A DNA stretch of 48,532 nucleotides, from positions 1 through 48,532 of the forward strand of contig DATLCI010000150.1 in the NCBI GenBank assembly GCA_035526435.1, in the 5' to 3' direction. Position numbers and translations under genes: made by a program. The stretch comes from Terriglobales bacterium (GTDB taxonomy: Bacteria > Acidobacteriota > Terriglobia > Terriglobales > Acidobacteriaceae). Of the stretch, positions 9,121 to 18,865 are shown in pieces (positions within the stretch are counted from its first letter, which is position 1; each line of letters begins with the position of its first letter). A model generated the notes under the pieces. That model was not told where the DNA came from, did no database searches, and saw only the letters and a program-made list of their open reading frames with translations.

Positions 9121-10233
9121 CTAAGACTCAGTCACGGTTTGGACGAATTTCTCGCCCGCCGCGTCTGCCCGGGCCCGGCGAATGTCGTTCACATCTCCCA
9201 TCACGATGATCACAATCCCGCCCTTAACCCCAATGCTGTCAGGGGGATTTACCCAGAAGTTTTGATTACCGTCACTGGCATTGCCGGCATTCTTAAGCGC
9301 CATGGGCAGCAGGTTATAAAGGTTGCGTAGGTCGAGCTGGCCGAGCGATCTGCCCGTCCAAGGCGACCCTTCCGGTACCACCAGGTCTTCGATCCGCAAG
9401 GTCCGAGATTGCTCCTTCAGCATCAGGTCGAGAAAGCCGACCACGTGCGGACGCAGGATCTCACTGGCCAGGCGCAGCCCGCCGATGCGATTGGGAGAGA
9501 CCACCGAATCTGCGCCCGCTTTTTGCATCCGCTCAGAAAATTTCAGGTCCGTGCAGCGGGCCACAATACGAATGCTGGGGCTCTTTTGCCGGACCAGCAC
9601 GGTGATCACGAGGTTTTCTTTATCCAGCGCCAGAGTGCTCAGCAAGCCGGCTGCTTGTCCCACTCCGGCCTGCTCCAGCACTTCTTCATCAGTCGCGTCG
9701 CCAATGATGTAGAGCAGATCCTTGTACGTCTCGCCAGAGTGCTCCTGTAAGCGCTTGATGTTCTCATCGTGGTGATCGATGACGACAAACTGCGAGCCGG
9801 TCTTCTGGAGTTCCTCGATGGCGTGCCGGCCGGTGTCGCCCAGACCGCAGACGATGTAATGGTTCTTCAATTGTTGGATCTTCTTTAGCATCTTGCGTCT
9901 CCGGAAGGCGTGAGAGTAATCGCCTTCAACCAGGAATGCGGTCACCGACGAGAAAACATAGGCCGTGATCATCACGCCGAACAGGACTACGAAAATATTG
10001 AACAAGCGGAGGACGGCGTTGTGGCTGGTGTCAACAAATTCCCCATACCCAACGCCTGCCAGGGTGATGACGGCCATGTACAGCGCCTCAAGGAATGTGA
10101 CCTTCGGGCCACCGAGCAGCAGGTAACCGACGACGCTCAGCGCAGTCACCACCACCAGCAACAGCATGGCAAAGATGATCCGCCGGCGAAGTTCCATAAG
10201 GGTCCAGGAGGGGAAGCGGGAAAATCTTATCAC
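9121..10233 (-). CDS. Potassium channel with cytoplasmic RCK (TrkA-N/TrkA-C) domains
   Basis: Pore/selectivity-filter-like TLAGVGYGEF between two TM helices. Rossmann HYIVCGLGDTGRH. C-terminal TrkA-C-like segment. An alternative start MELRRR lies at 10197. Confidence 0.8.
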   Translation of the reverse strand: MIRFSRFPSWTLMELRRRIIFAMLLLVVVTALSVVGYLLLGGPKVTFLEALYMAVITLAGVGYGEFVDTSHNAVLRLFNIFVVLFGVMITAYVFSSVTAFLVEGDYSHAFRRRKMLKKIQQLKNHYIVCGLGDTGRHAIEELQKTGSQFVVIDHHDENIKRLQEHSGETYKDLLYIIGDATDEEVLEQAGVGQAAGLLSTLALDKENLVITVLVRQKSPSIRIVARCTDLKFSERMQKAGADSVVSPNRIGGLRLASEILRPHVVGFLDLMLKEQSRTLRIEDLVVPEGSPWTGRSLGQLDLRNLYNLLPMALKNAGNASDGNQNFWVNPPDSIGVKGGIVIIVMGDVNDIRRARADAAGEKFVQTVTES

Positions 10234-10286
10234 GGAGAAACAAAATTGCTGCGCCGGTGGGCCGCGGGATGTGATAAAAATCGGCC

Positions 10287-10895
10287 GTGGAAGCGATCAC
10301 GGGATTCATTCTGGCCGGGGGGAAGAGTTCCCGCATGGGAACCGAAAAAGCGTTGCTCCCCATTCAGGGCAAGTCATTGATCGACACGGCCATTGCCCAG
10401 GCGCGGACCATCTGCGAAGACATCTTCATCGTCGGCCCAAAGGAGACATTTGCTCCTTATGGCCGCATCGTGAAGGATGTGTATCCGGGTTGCGGGCCGC
10501 TTGGCGGAATCCACGCGGCGCTAGGGCGGAGCCAGACGAAGCTGAACCTCATGATGGCCGTGGATACGCCCCTTGTATCCAGCGAGTTCGTTGCGCACTT
10601 GGCGGAAGTGGCGCGGAGTGCGAATGCGATCGTGACCCTGCCGCGGACGGCGCAAGGATTGCAACCGCTGTGCGCCATCTACCGCACCGATTTTTTGCCC
10701 ATCGCCGAGAAAGCGTTGAAAGAAGGTCGGCTAAAGTTAGACGCGCTCTTCCATCCCGCCACTACCCGGGTGATCGACGTGGAGAATGACGAGATGCGCC
10801 TGCTGGGATTCACGGCGGCGCTGTTTGACAATCTCAACACTCGCGAAGATTATGAACGGGTGATACGCGAGAAGACCCGCCACGCCAATTCATGA
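10287..10895 (+). CDS. mobA: Molybdenum cofactor guanylyltransferase
   Basis: N-terminal ITGFILAGGKSSRMGTEKALL and a DTP-type motif MAVDTPLV. GTG start. Confidence 0.75.
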   Translation: MEAITGFILAGGKSSRMGTEKALLPIQGKSLIDTAIAQARTICEDIFIVGPKETFAPYGRIVKDVYPGCGPLGGIHAALGRSQTKLNLMMAVDTPLVSSEFVAHLAEVARSANAIVTLPRTAQGLQPLCAIYRTDFLPIAEKALKEGRLKLDALFHPATTRVIDVENDEMRLLGFTAALFDNLNTREDYERVIREKTRHANS

Positions 10896-11656
10896 GTGAT
10901 GCCACCGCTCGAGCCTATATAGAGTTCAAGGACGTCTCTAAAGCTTTTGGCTCCAACCACGTGTTGAATCACGTGAGCTTCTTTGTGATGCCGGGAGAAA
11001 CGCTGTGCATCCTGGGCCGCAGCGGCGTGGGCAAATCCGTCTCCCTACACAACATCATGGGGTTCCTGAAGCCGGACAGTGGCCGGATCTTCGTGGCCTA
11101 TGAGGACATCACCGATTACACCGAATTGGAGATGGAGCGCATCCGCAAAAAGGTCACCATGGTCTTTCAGAACGGAGCGCTGTTTGACTCGCTGACGGTG
11201 GGAGAGAACGTAGCCTTTCCGCTGCGCGAGCGCCGCGACCTGGACGAAGCGCAGATCTACCAGGTGGTGAATGGGCTGCTCGACATGGTGGGCGTAAAGG
11301 CAATGCGAGACTTGCTGCCTTCCGACCTCTCCACCGGCATGAAGCGCTCGGTGGCCATTGCGCGGGCATTGGCGGCGCAACCTGAAGCCATCCTTTACGA
11401 CGAGCCTACGACCATGGTGGATCCGCTGATGGCGCAGTTGCTCGGAGACCTGATACAGAAACTGAAGTTCCAGCTTAAGTTGACGAGCATCGTGGTCTCG
11501 CACGACATGCGCTTTGCGCTAAAACTGGCGGACCGGATCGTATTCCTGCACGAGGGGAACGCGGTGTTCTTCGGAACAAAGGAAGAGATGTTGCGCTGCG
11601 AGCATCCGGTGGTGCAGGAATTCCTGGAACTGGATTCGCTGGTAGTCCCTGGTTAA
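10892..11656 (+). CDS. ABC transporter ATP-binding protein, MlaF-like
   Basis: Walker A GRSGVGKS, signature variant LSTGMKRSVAIARAL, Walker B ILYDEPTTMVDP, H-loop VSHD. Its ATG overlaps the mobA stop (ATGA). No permease gene is adjacent. Confidence 0.8.
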   Translation: MSDATARAYIEFKDVSKAFGSNHVLNHVSFFVMPGETLCILGRSGVGKSVSLHNIMGFLKPDSGRIFVAYEDITDYTELEMERIRKKVTMVFQNGALFDSLTVGENVAFPLRERRDLDEAQIYQVVNGLLDMVGVKAMRDLLPSDLSTGMKRSVAIARALAAQPEAILYDEPTTMVDPLMAQLLGDLIQKLKFQLKLTSIVVSHDMRFALKLADRIVFLHEGNAVFFGTKEEMLRCEHPVVQEFLELDSLVVPG

Positions 11657-12297
11657 AAGCCTTCGCTCATAAGGCGGTCCGTGGTGATGCCGCTGGGAGC
11701 GGCTTCGCCCTGGAGCATCTTTTCGGCATACTTGGCGATGACATCAACTTCGATGTTGACAGGGTCGCCTGGCTGTAGGACGTGCAAGTTCGTCGCTTGA
11801 TAGGTGTGCGGGATAATGGCAATACTCACCTCTTGCCCATGGATCTTCGCCACCGTCAGTGAGATCCCCTCAACCGCGATCGATCCTTTGAAGACCACGT
11901 AGCGCTCGAGCCCGCTGGGTAACTCCAAGTTGAGCATCCAATCCCCGGCATGGGGCCGCTGGGTCAGGCTCGAGAGCTTTCCCACTCCGTCTATATGGCC
12001 CTGAACCACATGGCCACCCAACCGGCCGCCGGCTTTGGTGGGTAGTTCGAGATTCACGGGCGCTCCGGTGCCCAAGCGAGTCAGCGAAGTGCGCGCCACC
12101 GTTTCCGCCGCCAGATCTGCAGCGAAGGAATCCTGGGTAAGGTCGAGCGCGGTGAGACAGACTCCATTCACGGCAATGCTGTCTCCCGGCTTGAGCTCTT
12201 TGATCAGTTGCGAAGACCTCACTACGATGCGGCGCGCGCCATCGCTGCCGCCAATCTCGACGAGCTTTCCCACTTCCTCGATCAATCCGGTAAACAT
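11653..12297 (-). CDS. ribE: Riboflavin synthase alpha chain
   Basis: MFTGLIEEVG start and duplicated lumazine-binding repeats (GDSIAVNGVCLT / GSIAVEGISLT). Confidence 0.85.
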   Translation of the reverse strand: MFTGLIEEVGKLVEIGGSDGARRIVVRSSQLIKELKPGDSIAVNGVCLTALDLTQDSFAADLAAETVARTSLTRLGTGAPVNLELPTKAGGRLGGHVVQGHIDGVGKLSSLTQRPHAGDWMLNLELPSGLERYVVFKGSIAVEGISLTVAKIHGQEVSIAIIPHTYQATNLHVLQPGDPVNIEVDVIAKYAEKMLQGEAAPSGITTDRLMSEGF

Positions 12298-13575
12298 TTA
12301 AACGCCCTCGTAAACTACCGCGGGGCCATAAGCCTTGTGCGGTACCGGCTGCGACTGGTAGGGGTCGTGCAAATAACCTTCGACCGCGAAGTCCTCACCG
12401 AAACGATGGAGCTTCAAAGACTTTACCTGGGCCGCGTCCGCCACCTGGCGGAAACCCTCGCCGCTGGCGAAGGGGACAGAGCCGGTACCAGCCAGGATTT
12501 TAGGCGCGTAATAAAGGAAGACCTTGTCGACGATGCCCGCCGCCAAAGCCGCCCAATTGACGAGCGCGCCGCCTTCGAGCAAAAGGCTGGTGATCTCCAA
12601 CTCGCCCAGGCGTTGTATCAGCTTCTTCATGTCCGGGCGACCATCGCTCTTAATAGGATTGCCGCCCACCACGTAACGGTCCGCCACCGGGAAAAGTGGC
12701 AACTGTTCCACCACGATCCCTCGGGATTCCAATTCGCGCTTCCTATTCTCTTCGGCAAACGCGCAGAAGACGATCACGTCCTTGTCCGCCGACTTCACCA
12801 GCCGCGATTCCAGCGGCAGACGCAAGCGAGAATCCAGGATCACGCGCAATAACGGGCGGCGCCGGGGCTTGCCGGTGCGGTCTGTGAGCAGCGGGTCATC
12901 GGCAATGACCGTTCCCACGCCGACCATGATGGCGTCCGAAGCATGGCGGAGCTGCTGTACGTGGGCCCGCGCCTCTTCGCTGGTGATCCAGCCGCCGCTG
13001 GCCGCGCCAGTGCCCAGCGCAGATGGGTTACTCGATTCTCCGGGCGGGGGCGCGATCTTCCCATCCAGCGTCATGCCGGCCTTCAATGTGACCAACGGCG
13101 TGCGTTGCAGAATATATTTTGCAAACGATTCGTTCAGCGAACGGGCGCGTTCGTGCAGGTCCCCCTCTGCAACTTCAACCACGATGCCGGCGCTACGCAT
13201 GCGGTCAAAGCCCCTGCCACTGACTTCCGGATTAGGATCAGCCATGCCGGCCACTACCCGCCGGATGCCGGCAGAGATCACGGCCTCAGTGCAGGGGCCA
13301 GTCCGCCCGGTGTGGCTGCAAGGCTCAAGGTTGATGTACAGAGTCGCGCCTTTGGCCTTTTCACCCGCTTGCTCCATGGCCAGTATTTCCGCGTGCTTCA
13401 TATCTTTGTAGAGGTGGTAGGCCGAGGAGATCTCATCGCCATTGGCATCGGCAAGCACGGCGCCCACGCAAGGATTTGGCGAAGACAGGCCTATGCCTTC
13501 CCGCGCCAGTCCCAATGCGCGGGCTAATAGAGTCTCGTCTTTGGCGTTCAGGGCCATGTCAATCGAAAAGACCAT
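12298..13575 (-). CDS. ribD: Bifunctional riboflavin biosynthesis protein RibD (pyrimidine deaminase / uracil reductase)
   Basis: Deaminase zinc motifs HAEILAM and PCSHTGRTGPC. C-terminal reductase domain (KAGMTLDGKIA, LLLEGG). An alternative start MALNAK lies at 13557, 1 nt after the ftsY stop. Confidence 0.85.
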   Translation of the reverse strand: MVFSIDMALNAKDETLLARALGLAREGIGLSSPNPCVGAVLADANGDEISSAYHLYKDMKHAEILAMEQAGEKAKGATLYINLEPCSHTGRTGPCTEAVISAGIRRVVAGMADPNPEVSGRGFDRMRSAGIVVEVAEGDLHERARSLNESFAKYILQRTPLVTLKAGMTLDGKIAPPPGESSNPSALGTGAASGGWITSEEARAHVQQLRHASDAIMVGVGTVIADDPLLTDRTGKPRRRPLLRVILDSRLRLPLESRLVKSADKDVIVFCAFAEENRKRELESRGIVVEQLPLFPVADRYVVGGNPIKSDGRPDMKKLIQRLGELEITSLLLEGGALVNWAALAAGIVDKVFLYYAPKILAGTGSVPFASGEGFRQVADAAQVKSLKLHRFGEDFAVEGYLHDPYQSQPVPHKAYGPAVVYEGV

Positions 13576-14518
13576 TCACAAACGCTTGCGGATCGAACGG
13601 TAGCAAGTCGCCAATCTTTTCGCCGATTCCCACATAGCGCACCGGGAGGCCGAGCTCGCGGGAAATGGCGACAACCACGCCGCCTTTTGCCGTCCCGTCG
13701 AGCTTGGTCAGCACTATGCCGGTGACGCCCGCTGCTTCGGTAAACAAGCGCGCTTGCTGCAATCCATTTTGGCCAGTGGTGGCATCCATCACGAGCAGGG
13801 TTTCATGAGGAGCGCCGGGAATGATGCGATTGGCCGTGCGCCGCATCTTGTCCAACTCCTGCATGAGATGTGCTTTGTTGTGGAGACGCCCAGCGGTATC
13901 GACAATGAGGAAATCGGTGCCTCGCGCCTTCGCGGCGGACATCGCGTCGAAGAGTACGGCCGAGGGGTCGCCGCCGGCTTTAGTCTTGATGATCTCCACG
14001 CCGGTGCGTTGGCCCCACACTTCAAGTTGTTCGATGGCGGCGGCGCGAAAGGTGTCCGCAGCGGCCATCAATACAGTCTTGCCTTCGGCGCGCAATGCGT
14101 GAGCCAGCTTCCCGATGGTGGTGGTCTTTCCGGTGCCATTGACTCCGACTACCAGGACCACTTCGGGCTCGCCCGGTGCGGCTTTCGCCGACTTTGGCGG
14201 GGTCGCGTTCAAGATGGCGAGCAATTCTTCTTTGAGCAAACGTTTTAGTTCGGCCGCATCGGCGATCTGCTTCCGGTCAGCCTTCTCGCGGAGCTTTTCC
14301 AGCACTTCTTGAGTTGTGGTGGTTCCCAAGTCCGCGCCGATCAGGGTCGCTTCCAGTTCATCGAGAGTGTCGCCATCGATCTCCCTACCAATGGAGACGA
14401 TATCCTCAATGCGTTCGCTTAAACTTTCCCGCGTGCGAGTGACCGCCTCTTTCATCCGGTCGAAGAGGCCGGTCTTCTTCTCCTGCGGTTCTAAACTGCC
14501 GAATAGGGTCTGGATCAT
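13559..14518 (-). CDS. ftsY: Signal recognition particle receptor FtsY
   Basis: NG domain motifs [32 protein letters not shown]. Confidence 0.9.
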   Translation of the reverse strand: MIQTLFGSLEPQEKKTGLFDRMKEAVTRTRESLSERIEDIVSIGREIDGDTLDELEATLIGADLGTTTTQEVLEKLREKADRKQIADAAELKRLLKEELLAILNATPPKSAKAAPGEPEVVLVVGVNGTGKTTTIGKLAHALRAEGKTVLMAAADTFRAAAIEQLEVWGQRTGVEIIKTKAGGDPSAVLFDAMSAAKARGTDFLIVDTAGRLHNKAHLMQELDKMRRTANRIIPGAPHETLLVMDATTGQNGLQQARLFTEAAGVTGIVLTKLDGTAKGGVVVAISRELGLPVRYVGIGEKIGDLLPFDPQAFVNGLFD

Positions 14519-14572
14519 GATGGATGGCGCCTGCTGGGATTATATCGGTAGGCGCGGGTCGCAGGCCGGGGC

Positions 14573-14602
14573 CAAAATGAAAGGCGCAGCCGAGGCTGCG
14601 CC
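14573..14602 (-). terminator. Intrinsic terminator after the HD-GYP gene
   Basis: GGCGCAGCC(14583-91)/GGCTGCGCC(14594-602) stem. On the minus strand it is followed by TTTCATTTTGG. Confidence 0.65.
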
Positions 14603-14621
14603 CATCAAGACGTGCGGTTGT

Positions 14622-16430
14622 CTATGAACCGGCGGCGGCTTGGCCGCTGGCCTCTGATACGGCCTCAGTAGATGCGAAAACTTGCTCCTCCGTGACCAGT
14701 CCGGCGCGATGCAGCCGCAACTTACCTGTTTCAAAGACCGCAGTCATCGCGGCCACTACCCTGGGGTCGAACTTAGTGTTGACCAATGAATTGATGATCC
14801 GGATCACATACTCGGGATCCATCGCGGCCTGGTAGGGACGGTTCGTGGTCATCGCGTCAAACGTATCGGCCACCATGATGATGCGCGGCATCAGCGGCAA
14901 CTCGTCGCCCTTTAGGCCGTAAGGGTAGCCCCGGCCATCGAGCGATTCGTGGTGCAGTTCGATCCCCGGGATCATCTCTTTCAGCATCTCGACGGGACGA
15001 AGGATCGTTCCACCCTTTACGGTGTGGGTCTTCATGATCTCGAACTCGTCGGGCGTCAAGGCTCCCGGCTTTTTCAGAATGCGATCTTCAATGCCGATCT
15101 TACCCACGTCGTGCAATTGCGCGGAGATGCGGATGCGCTCGATCTCTTCGGTGACGAGCCCCATCTCTTTCGCGATGATGACCGAATAACGGGTCACCCG
15201 GTCGGAGTGACCTTTCGTATATGGATCTTTTTCGTCGACGGCGCCGGCGAGCATCTGAATGGAGCTCAAGAACAGTGCCCGGTTCTCTTCCGCGGCGCGC
15301 TTCAAGTCGAAGACGAAGCGTTCCAAGTCGTCAGACATGGTATTGAACGTCTGTGCCAGCTCGCCGATCTCGGTGCGGCTTTCCAGCTTCACGCGTTGGG
15401 AGAAATCCCCGCGGGCGATGGCGCGGCTGCTCTCGGTCAGTACGTGGAGCGGCTCGGTAATGCGCTTGGCCGCGATGAGCGAGATCAGCAAGCTGACCAG
15501 GATGGCGCCGAGCGCGAGCATGAAGGCCTTGCGCTGCATCTCGTTGATGCTCTGGTAGGCATCTGCCTGCGTTTTCTGGGCGATGACGCCCCACTCCAGC
15601 GCGGGTGCGGGGCTGTAGGTGCCCAGCATCTTCACGGTGGTGTTGTGGTCTTTCAGTTCGAACTCGTTGGTCACCGCCAGTCCGCCGCGCGAACCTTGCT
15701 CTACAAAGTTTTTGACCAGCTCGTTGGAATTCATGTCCATGCCGGTGGCCCACTCTTTTTTGGCAGAGACGACCAGCCGTCCACGGCTGTCGATGACGTA
15801 GGCGTCGAGGCCGCCTTCGCTGTAATCCTCGAGCCGCTCGACGAGATAATCGAGATCGACCACCGTGCCGATCATGCCCAGGAAATTTCCGCTCACCATG
15901 ATCGGCGAAGCTGCCAGGCGGACGGTCTTCGCCTCTTTGCCAACGCCAATGGTCAAGGCCTGTCCGTTGTAGCTGCGACCTTCACGCGCGGCCTGGAAGG
16001 CGTGCTCCAACTCCTTTTGCAGGAATGGGTCGGGAGCGATGCGTCCGGCGGTGATGCCCTTGGCCTCATTGTTCAGCAACGTGGCATAGGCCACTGAGTC
16101 GGAACGGGAGACGAAGCCGTCGAGAAGCGCGCGCAATTCGGGGGCGCCAATGTGGTCGCCACCCAGGTTGGCCCCGCTGGTGACGAGTACGGCAGCGGTA
16201 AAATTCTCGTGCATCCGGCGTAGCGCCAGCTCGCGCTGCGTGATCTCATCGGCCAGGGAGCGGGTGACTGTGTTTTGCAGGAAGCGTTCGTTGGTCTTCA
16301 GGCGTTCGCGATTGATGCCGACCACCTGGGTCCCGTAAAAATACAACGGCACCACCGCCACCAGGATCAGCACACTGAGGATGACGTAAAGGATCTTGAC
16401 GCGATGGGGAAGCAGTTTACCCAGGTTCAT
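14622..16430 (-). CDS. HD-GYP domain c-di-GMP phosphodiesterase with periplasmic Cache-like sensor and HAMP domain
   Basis: Two TM helices flank a sensor region of about 280 aa. HAMP segment PLHVLTESSRAIARGDFSQRV...ELAQTFNTM. HD-GYP motifs HSDRV, QLHDVGKIGI, HHESLDGRGYPYGL. Confidence 0.8.
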   Translation of the reverse strand: MNLGKLLPHRVKILYVILSVLILVAVVPLYFYGTQVVGINRERLKTNERFLQNTVTRSLADEITQRELALRRMHENFTAAVLVTSGANLGGDHIGAPELRALLDGFVSRSDSVAYATLLNNEAKGITAGRIAPDPFLQKELEHAFQAAREGRSYNGQALTIGVGKEAKTVRLAASPIMVSGNFLGMIGTVVDLDYLVERLEDYSEGGLDAYVIDSRGRLVVSAKKEWATGMDMNSNELVKNFVEQGSRGGLAVTNEFELKDHNTTVKMLGTYSPAPALEWGVIAQKTQADAYQSINEMQRKAFMLALGAILVSLLISLIAAKRITEPLHVLTESSRAIARGDFSQRVKLESRTEIGELAQTFNTMSDDLERFVFDLKRAAEENRALFLSSIQMLAGAVDEKDPYTKGHSDRVTRYSVIIAKEMGLVTEEIERIRISAQLHDVGKIGIEDRILKKPGALTPDEFEIMKTHTVKGGTILRPVEMLKEMIPGIELHHESLDGRGYPYGLKGDELPLMPRIIMVADTFDAMTTNRPYQAAMDPEYVIRIINSLVNTKFDPRVVAAMTAVFETGKLRLHRAGLVTEEQVFASTEAVSEASGQAAAGS

Positions 16431-16536
16431 ATGTGTCTTTTACGGGGAAATCCGTTCGAGATTGTACCCCGAATGAGCGGCACTTTGTCCCGGTTATTTC
16501 AGCCCTACAGCACGAAAGTAACCGCTTATAAGGCGT

Positions 16537-17544
16537 TTACTCCACTTTCCCGGGCCGAGTCATCAATTCGCGGATAGCTTCCTGCGCCGGCTTGCCATCG
16601 TGCAGGATGGCATACATCTGGCTGGTGATGGGCATCTCGATGCCTTGGCGCGCGGCGAGTCCGACGGCTGCATTCGTAGTGAGCACCCCCTCGGCGACGG
16701 CGCCATGCATGCCCGCAATGATGTCATCGAGCTTACGCCCCCGGCCGAGTTCGACACCGACGCTGCGGTTGCGTGACAAGCCGCCGGTACAGGTCAGGAC
16801 TAGGTCTCCCATGCCGGCGAGTCCGGCGAGGGTCTCCCGCTTGGCGCCGCAAGAGACTGCCAGCCGCGTGATCTCACTCAGCCCCCGGGTGATAAGCGCC
16901 GCGACCGTGTTGTGACCCAGACCTAGACCGTCACAGACGCCTGCAGCGATGGCGATGACGTTTTTCAGCGCGCCGCCGAGTTCCACGCCGGCTACGTCGT
17001 CATTGGTGTATATGCGGAATGTCGGATCGCTGCATTCACGTTGGATAGTCGCGGCCAGTCCTGAATCGGCGGAAGCGACGGTGATGGCCGTGGGGTCACC
17101 CTTCGCGACTTCTTTCGCGAATGTGGGCCCGCTCAACGCGGCCACGCGCGGAACAAATCCCCGGCTCGTGTGGACTACTTCGTGGACCACTTCGGTCATG
17201 CGCAACAGGGAATCATTCTCAATGCCTTTCGTCGCGCTGACGAACAGCATCTCGGGGCGAAGGTGCGGAGTCATGGTGGTGAAGACGCGGCGGCAATGAT
17301 GCGAGGGCATCACACTGACGACTACTTCGGCCTCCCGCAATGCTTCTCCCAGGTCATTGGTCACCGAGACGGCTGCAGGAATGGTGAAACCATTCAGAAA
17401 CGGTTGGTTGACGCGGTGCGCCTGAATGCTTTCTAAAACCTCCTGCTCAAATGCCCATAGCTTCACTTCGTGCGTACCGCTGCGTCCGAGGACCATGGCA
17501 ATGGCGGTGCCCCAGGCTCCGGCACCGATGACGGCGATCTTCAT
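16537..17544 (-). CDS. gpsA: NAD(P)H-dependent glycerol-3-phosphate dehydrogenase
   Basis: MKIAVIGAGAWGTA, GALKNVIAIAAG, NRSVGVELGRG. Confidence 0.9.
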   Translation of the reverse strand: MKIAVIGAGAWGTAIAMVLGRSGTHEVKLWAFEQEVLESIQAHRVNQPFLNGFTIPAAVSVTNDLGEALREAEVVVSVMPSHHCRRVFTTMTPHLRPEMLFVSATKGIENDSLLRMTEVVHEVVHTSRGFVPRVAALSGPTFAKEVAKGDPTAITVASADSGLAATIQRECSDPTFRIYTNDDVAGVELGGALKNVIAIAAGVCDGLGLGHNTVAALITRGLSEITRLAVSCGAKRETLAGLAGMGDLVLTCTGGLSRNRSVGVELGRGRKLDDIIAGMHGAVAEGVLTTNAAVGLAARQGIEMPITSQMYAILHDGKPAQEAIRELMTRPGKVE

Positions 17545-18266
17545 ATGCTCTTCTCCGTCTGGATAGGGTCAGTGGTACCGATGGGCTTCCTGCCGAACTT
17601 GGGTTCGGTGCCAGCAATGAGGCGGCGGATGTTGGCGTGATGCTTGAGGATGATCAGCACTGACACCGTCGCACAAAATAACAACAATGAGGGCGTCCGG
17701 GAGCGAGGCCCCATCCAGAGAATCAGTGCGGGAAAGGCCAACGCGGAAAGAATCGAAGCCAGGGAAACGTACCTGGTAATCACGAACACCAACCCGAAGC
17801 AAAGCATGGCCGCCAGCGCTGCTTTAGGCGACAAGACCACAAATGCCCCGATGGCCGTGGCCACGCCTTTGCCGCCTTTAAACTTTAGCCAGACGGGAAA
17901 GCAATGCCCAATGACTGCGAATAGGGTGGCAAGTGCGAGAAAGGTCAAATCGGGGAGAGGGCCGCCTTCTAACACGAAGTCGTGGGCGAGAAAACGGCTC
18001 GCGGTTTGAGGGTACCAATTCCCGGCCAAATCAGAGAATCTGTATCCCGCCCATAAAACCGCCAGCGCTCCCTTGCCTGCATCCAGCAACAGGGTCGCAA
18101 TGGCCAAGCCTTTTTTACCGGAGCGCGCCACATTGGTTGCGCCGATATTTCCGCTGCCCGTCTGACGAATGTCTTGATTGAGAAAAAGCTTTACCAGGAT
18201 GTAGCCGAAGGGGATGGAGCCGATCAGGTAAGCAACCACCGCGATGATGATCAGGTTGTTGGGCAT
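17541..18266 (-). CDS. plsY: Glycerol-3-phosphate acyltransferase PlsY
   Basis: GSIPFGYIL and GSGNIGATNV motifs, multi-TM protein. 4-nt overlap with gpsA. Confidence 0.9.
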   Translation of the reverse strand: MPNNLIIIAVVAYLIGSIPFGYILVKLFLNQDIRQTGSGNIGATNVARSGKKGLAIATLLLDAGKGALAVLWAGYRFSDLAGNWYPQTASRFLAHDFVLEGGPLPDLTFLALATLFAVIGHCFPVWLKFKGGKGVATAIGAFVVLSPKAALAAMLCFGLVFVITRYVSLASILSALAFPALILWMGPRSRTPSLLLFCATVSVLIILKHHANIRRLIAGTEPKFGRKPIGTTDPIQTEKSI

Positions 18267-18271
18267 GGGCG

Positions 18272-18865
18272 CTATGCCAAAGCAAACCGCGCCAGCTTGG
18301 TGTATTTGGCACCTTCCGGCTTGGTCTCGCTTTGATAGAGAAAGAATTCCGTGGCCAGCATTGTACCGAAGTCAACTTGCGACCAGGCCGGGTCGGGCTC
18401 CACCTTCGTTTTCAGCGTGTACATCTTCGGCTGGTTGCGGTCAGAGCGGCTACCGGAAGCGCTTCCGGAGCCTTCGCGCGCCAGCGTTAGATGTGGCGAG
18501 TAATCTCTTTCTTCCTTCGCAATGCCCAACGGCACGAGCGCATTTTCAACGCGCTTGGCTAACGCTTGAAGTTCGCTGGGGGCCTGCACTCCTGCCCAGA
18601 AGACTCGCGGGGAACGAGGCGTAAAGAATCCGGTTCCTCGAAAGCTAATGGAAAATTGCTTGGCTGGTACCCCAGCGAGCGCGGCCCTGATCAGTTCTAC
18701 TTGGTCACTGTTGCCAATGAATTTCAGGGTCACATGCAAGGATTCTGGCCGCACCCACTTCGTTCCCGGCGCCAGACGCTCCAGTTTCAGCATGTAGGCA
18801 GCAATGCGCGCGCGAATCTCGTCCGGAATATCGATGCCGACAAATAGCCGCATGGTGGGACTCAC
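18272..18865 (-). CDS. thpR: RNA 2',3'-cyclic phosphodiesterase (2H phosphoesterase, ThpR/LigT family)
   Basis: Two HxT/S motifs, HVTLKF and HLTLAR, at the expected spacing. Confidence 0.75.
   Translation of the reverse strand: MSPTMRLFVGIDIPDEIRARIAAYMLKLERLAPGTKWVRPESLHVTLKFIGNSDQVELIRAALAGVPAKQFSISFRGTGFFTPRSPRVFWAGVQAPSELQALAKRVENALVPLGIAKEERDYSPHLTLAREGSGSASGSRSDRNQPKMYTLKTKVEPDPAWSQVDFGTMLATEFFLYQSETKPEGAKYTKLARFALA

Noticed and set aside
11653-11656. Convergent gene pairs whose stop codons overlap in palindromic tetranucleotides: TTAA at 11653-56 (mlaF-like/ribE) and CTAG at 27353-56 (fabH/DUF92). Near-abutting convergent ends also occur at 1947/1953 and 23894/23898.
   Set aside because: These are real in the sequence but are most simply explained by genome compaction. 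They imply overlapping 3' transcripts, but there is no evidence of a dedicated system.
12298-13620. Looked for an FMN riboswitch ahead of ribD-ribE.
   Set aside because: The ribD start abuts or overlaps the ftsY stop, so there is no leader. No FMN-element-like conserved structure was seen.
14949-16097. Very long antisense or off-frame ORFs. Examples are 14949-16097 plus (382 aa), 40693-41661 minus (322 aa), 20387-21205 plus (272 aa), 47340-48065 minus (241 aa), 46775-47476 minus (233 aa), 6216-6863 minus (215 aa) and 12782-13411 plus (209 aa).
   Set aside because: Each lies entirely inside a gene with strong family motifs in another frame or on the other strand. Their translations are Arg/Gly/Ala/His-rich and low in complexity, as expected for stop-poor alternative frames in GC-rich DNA.
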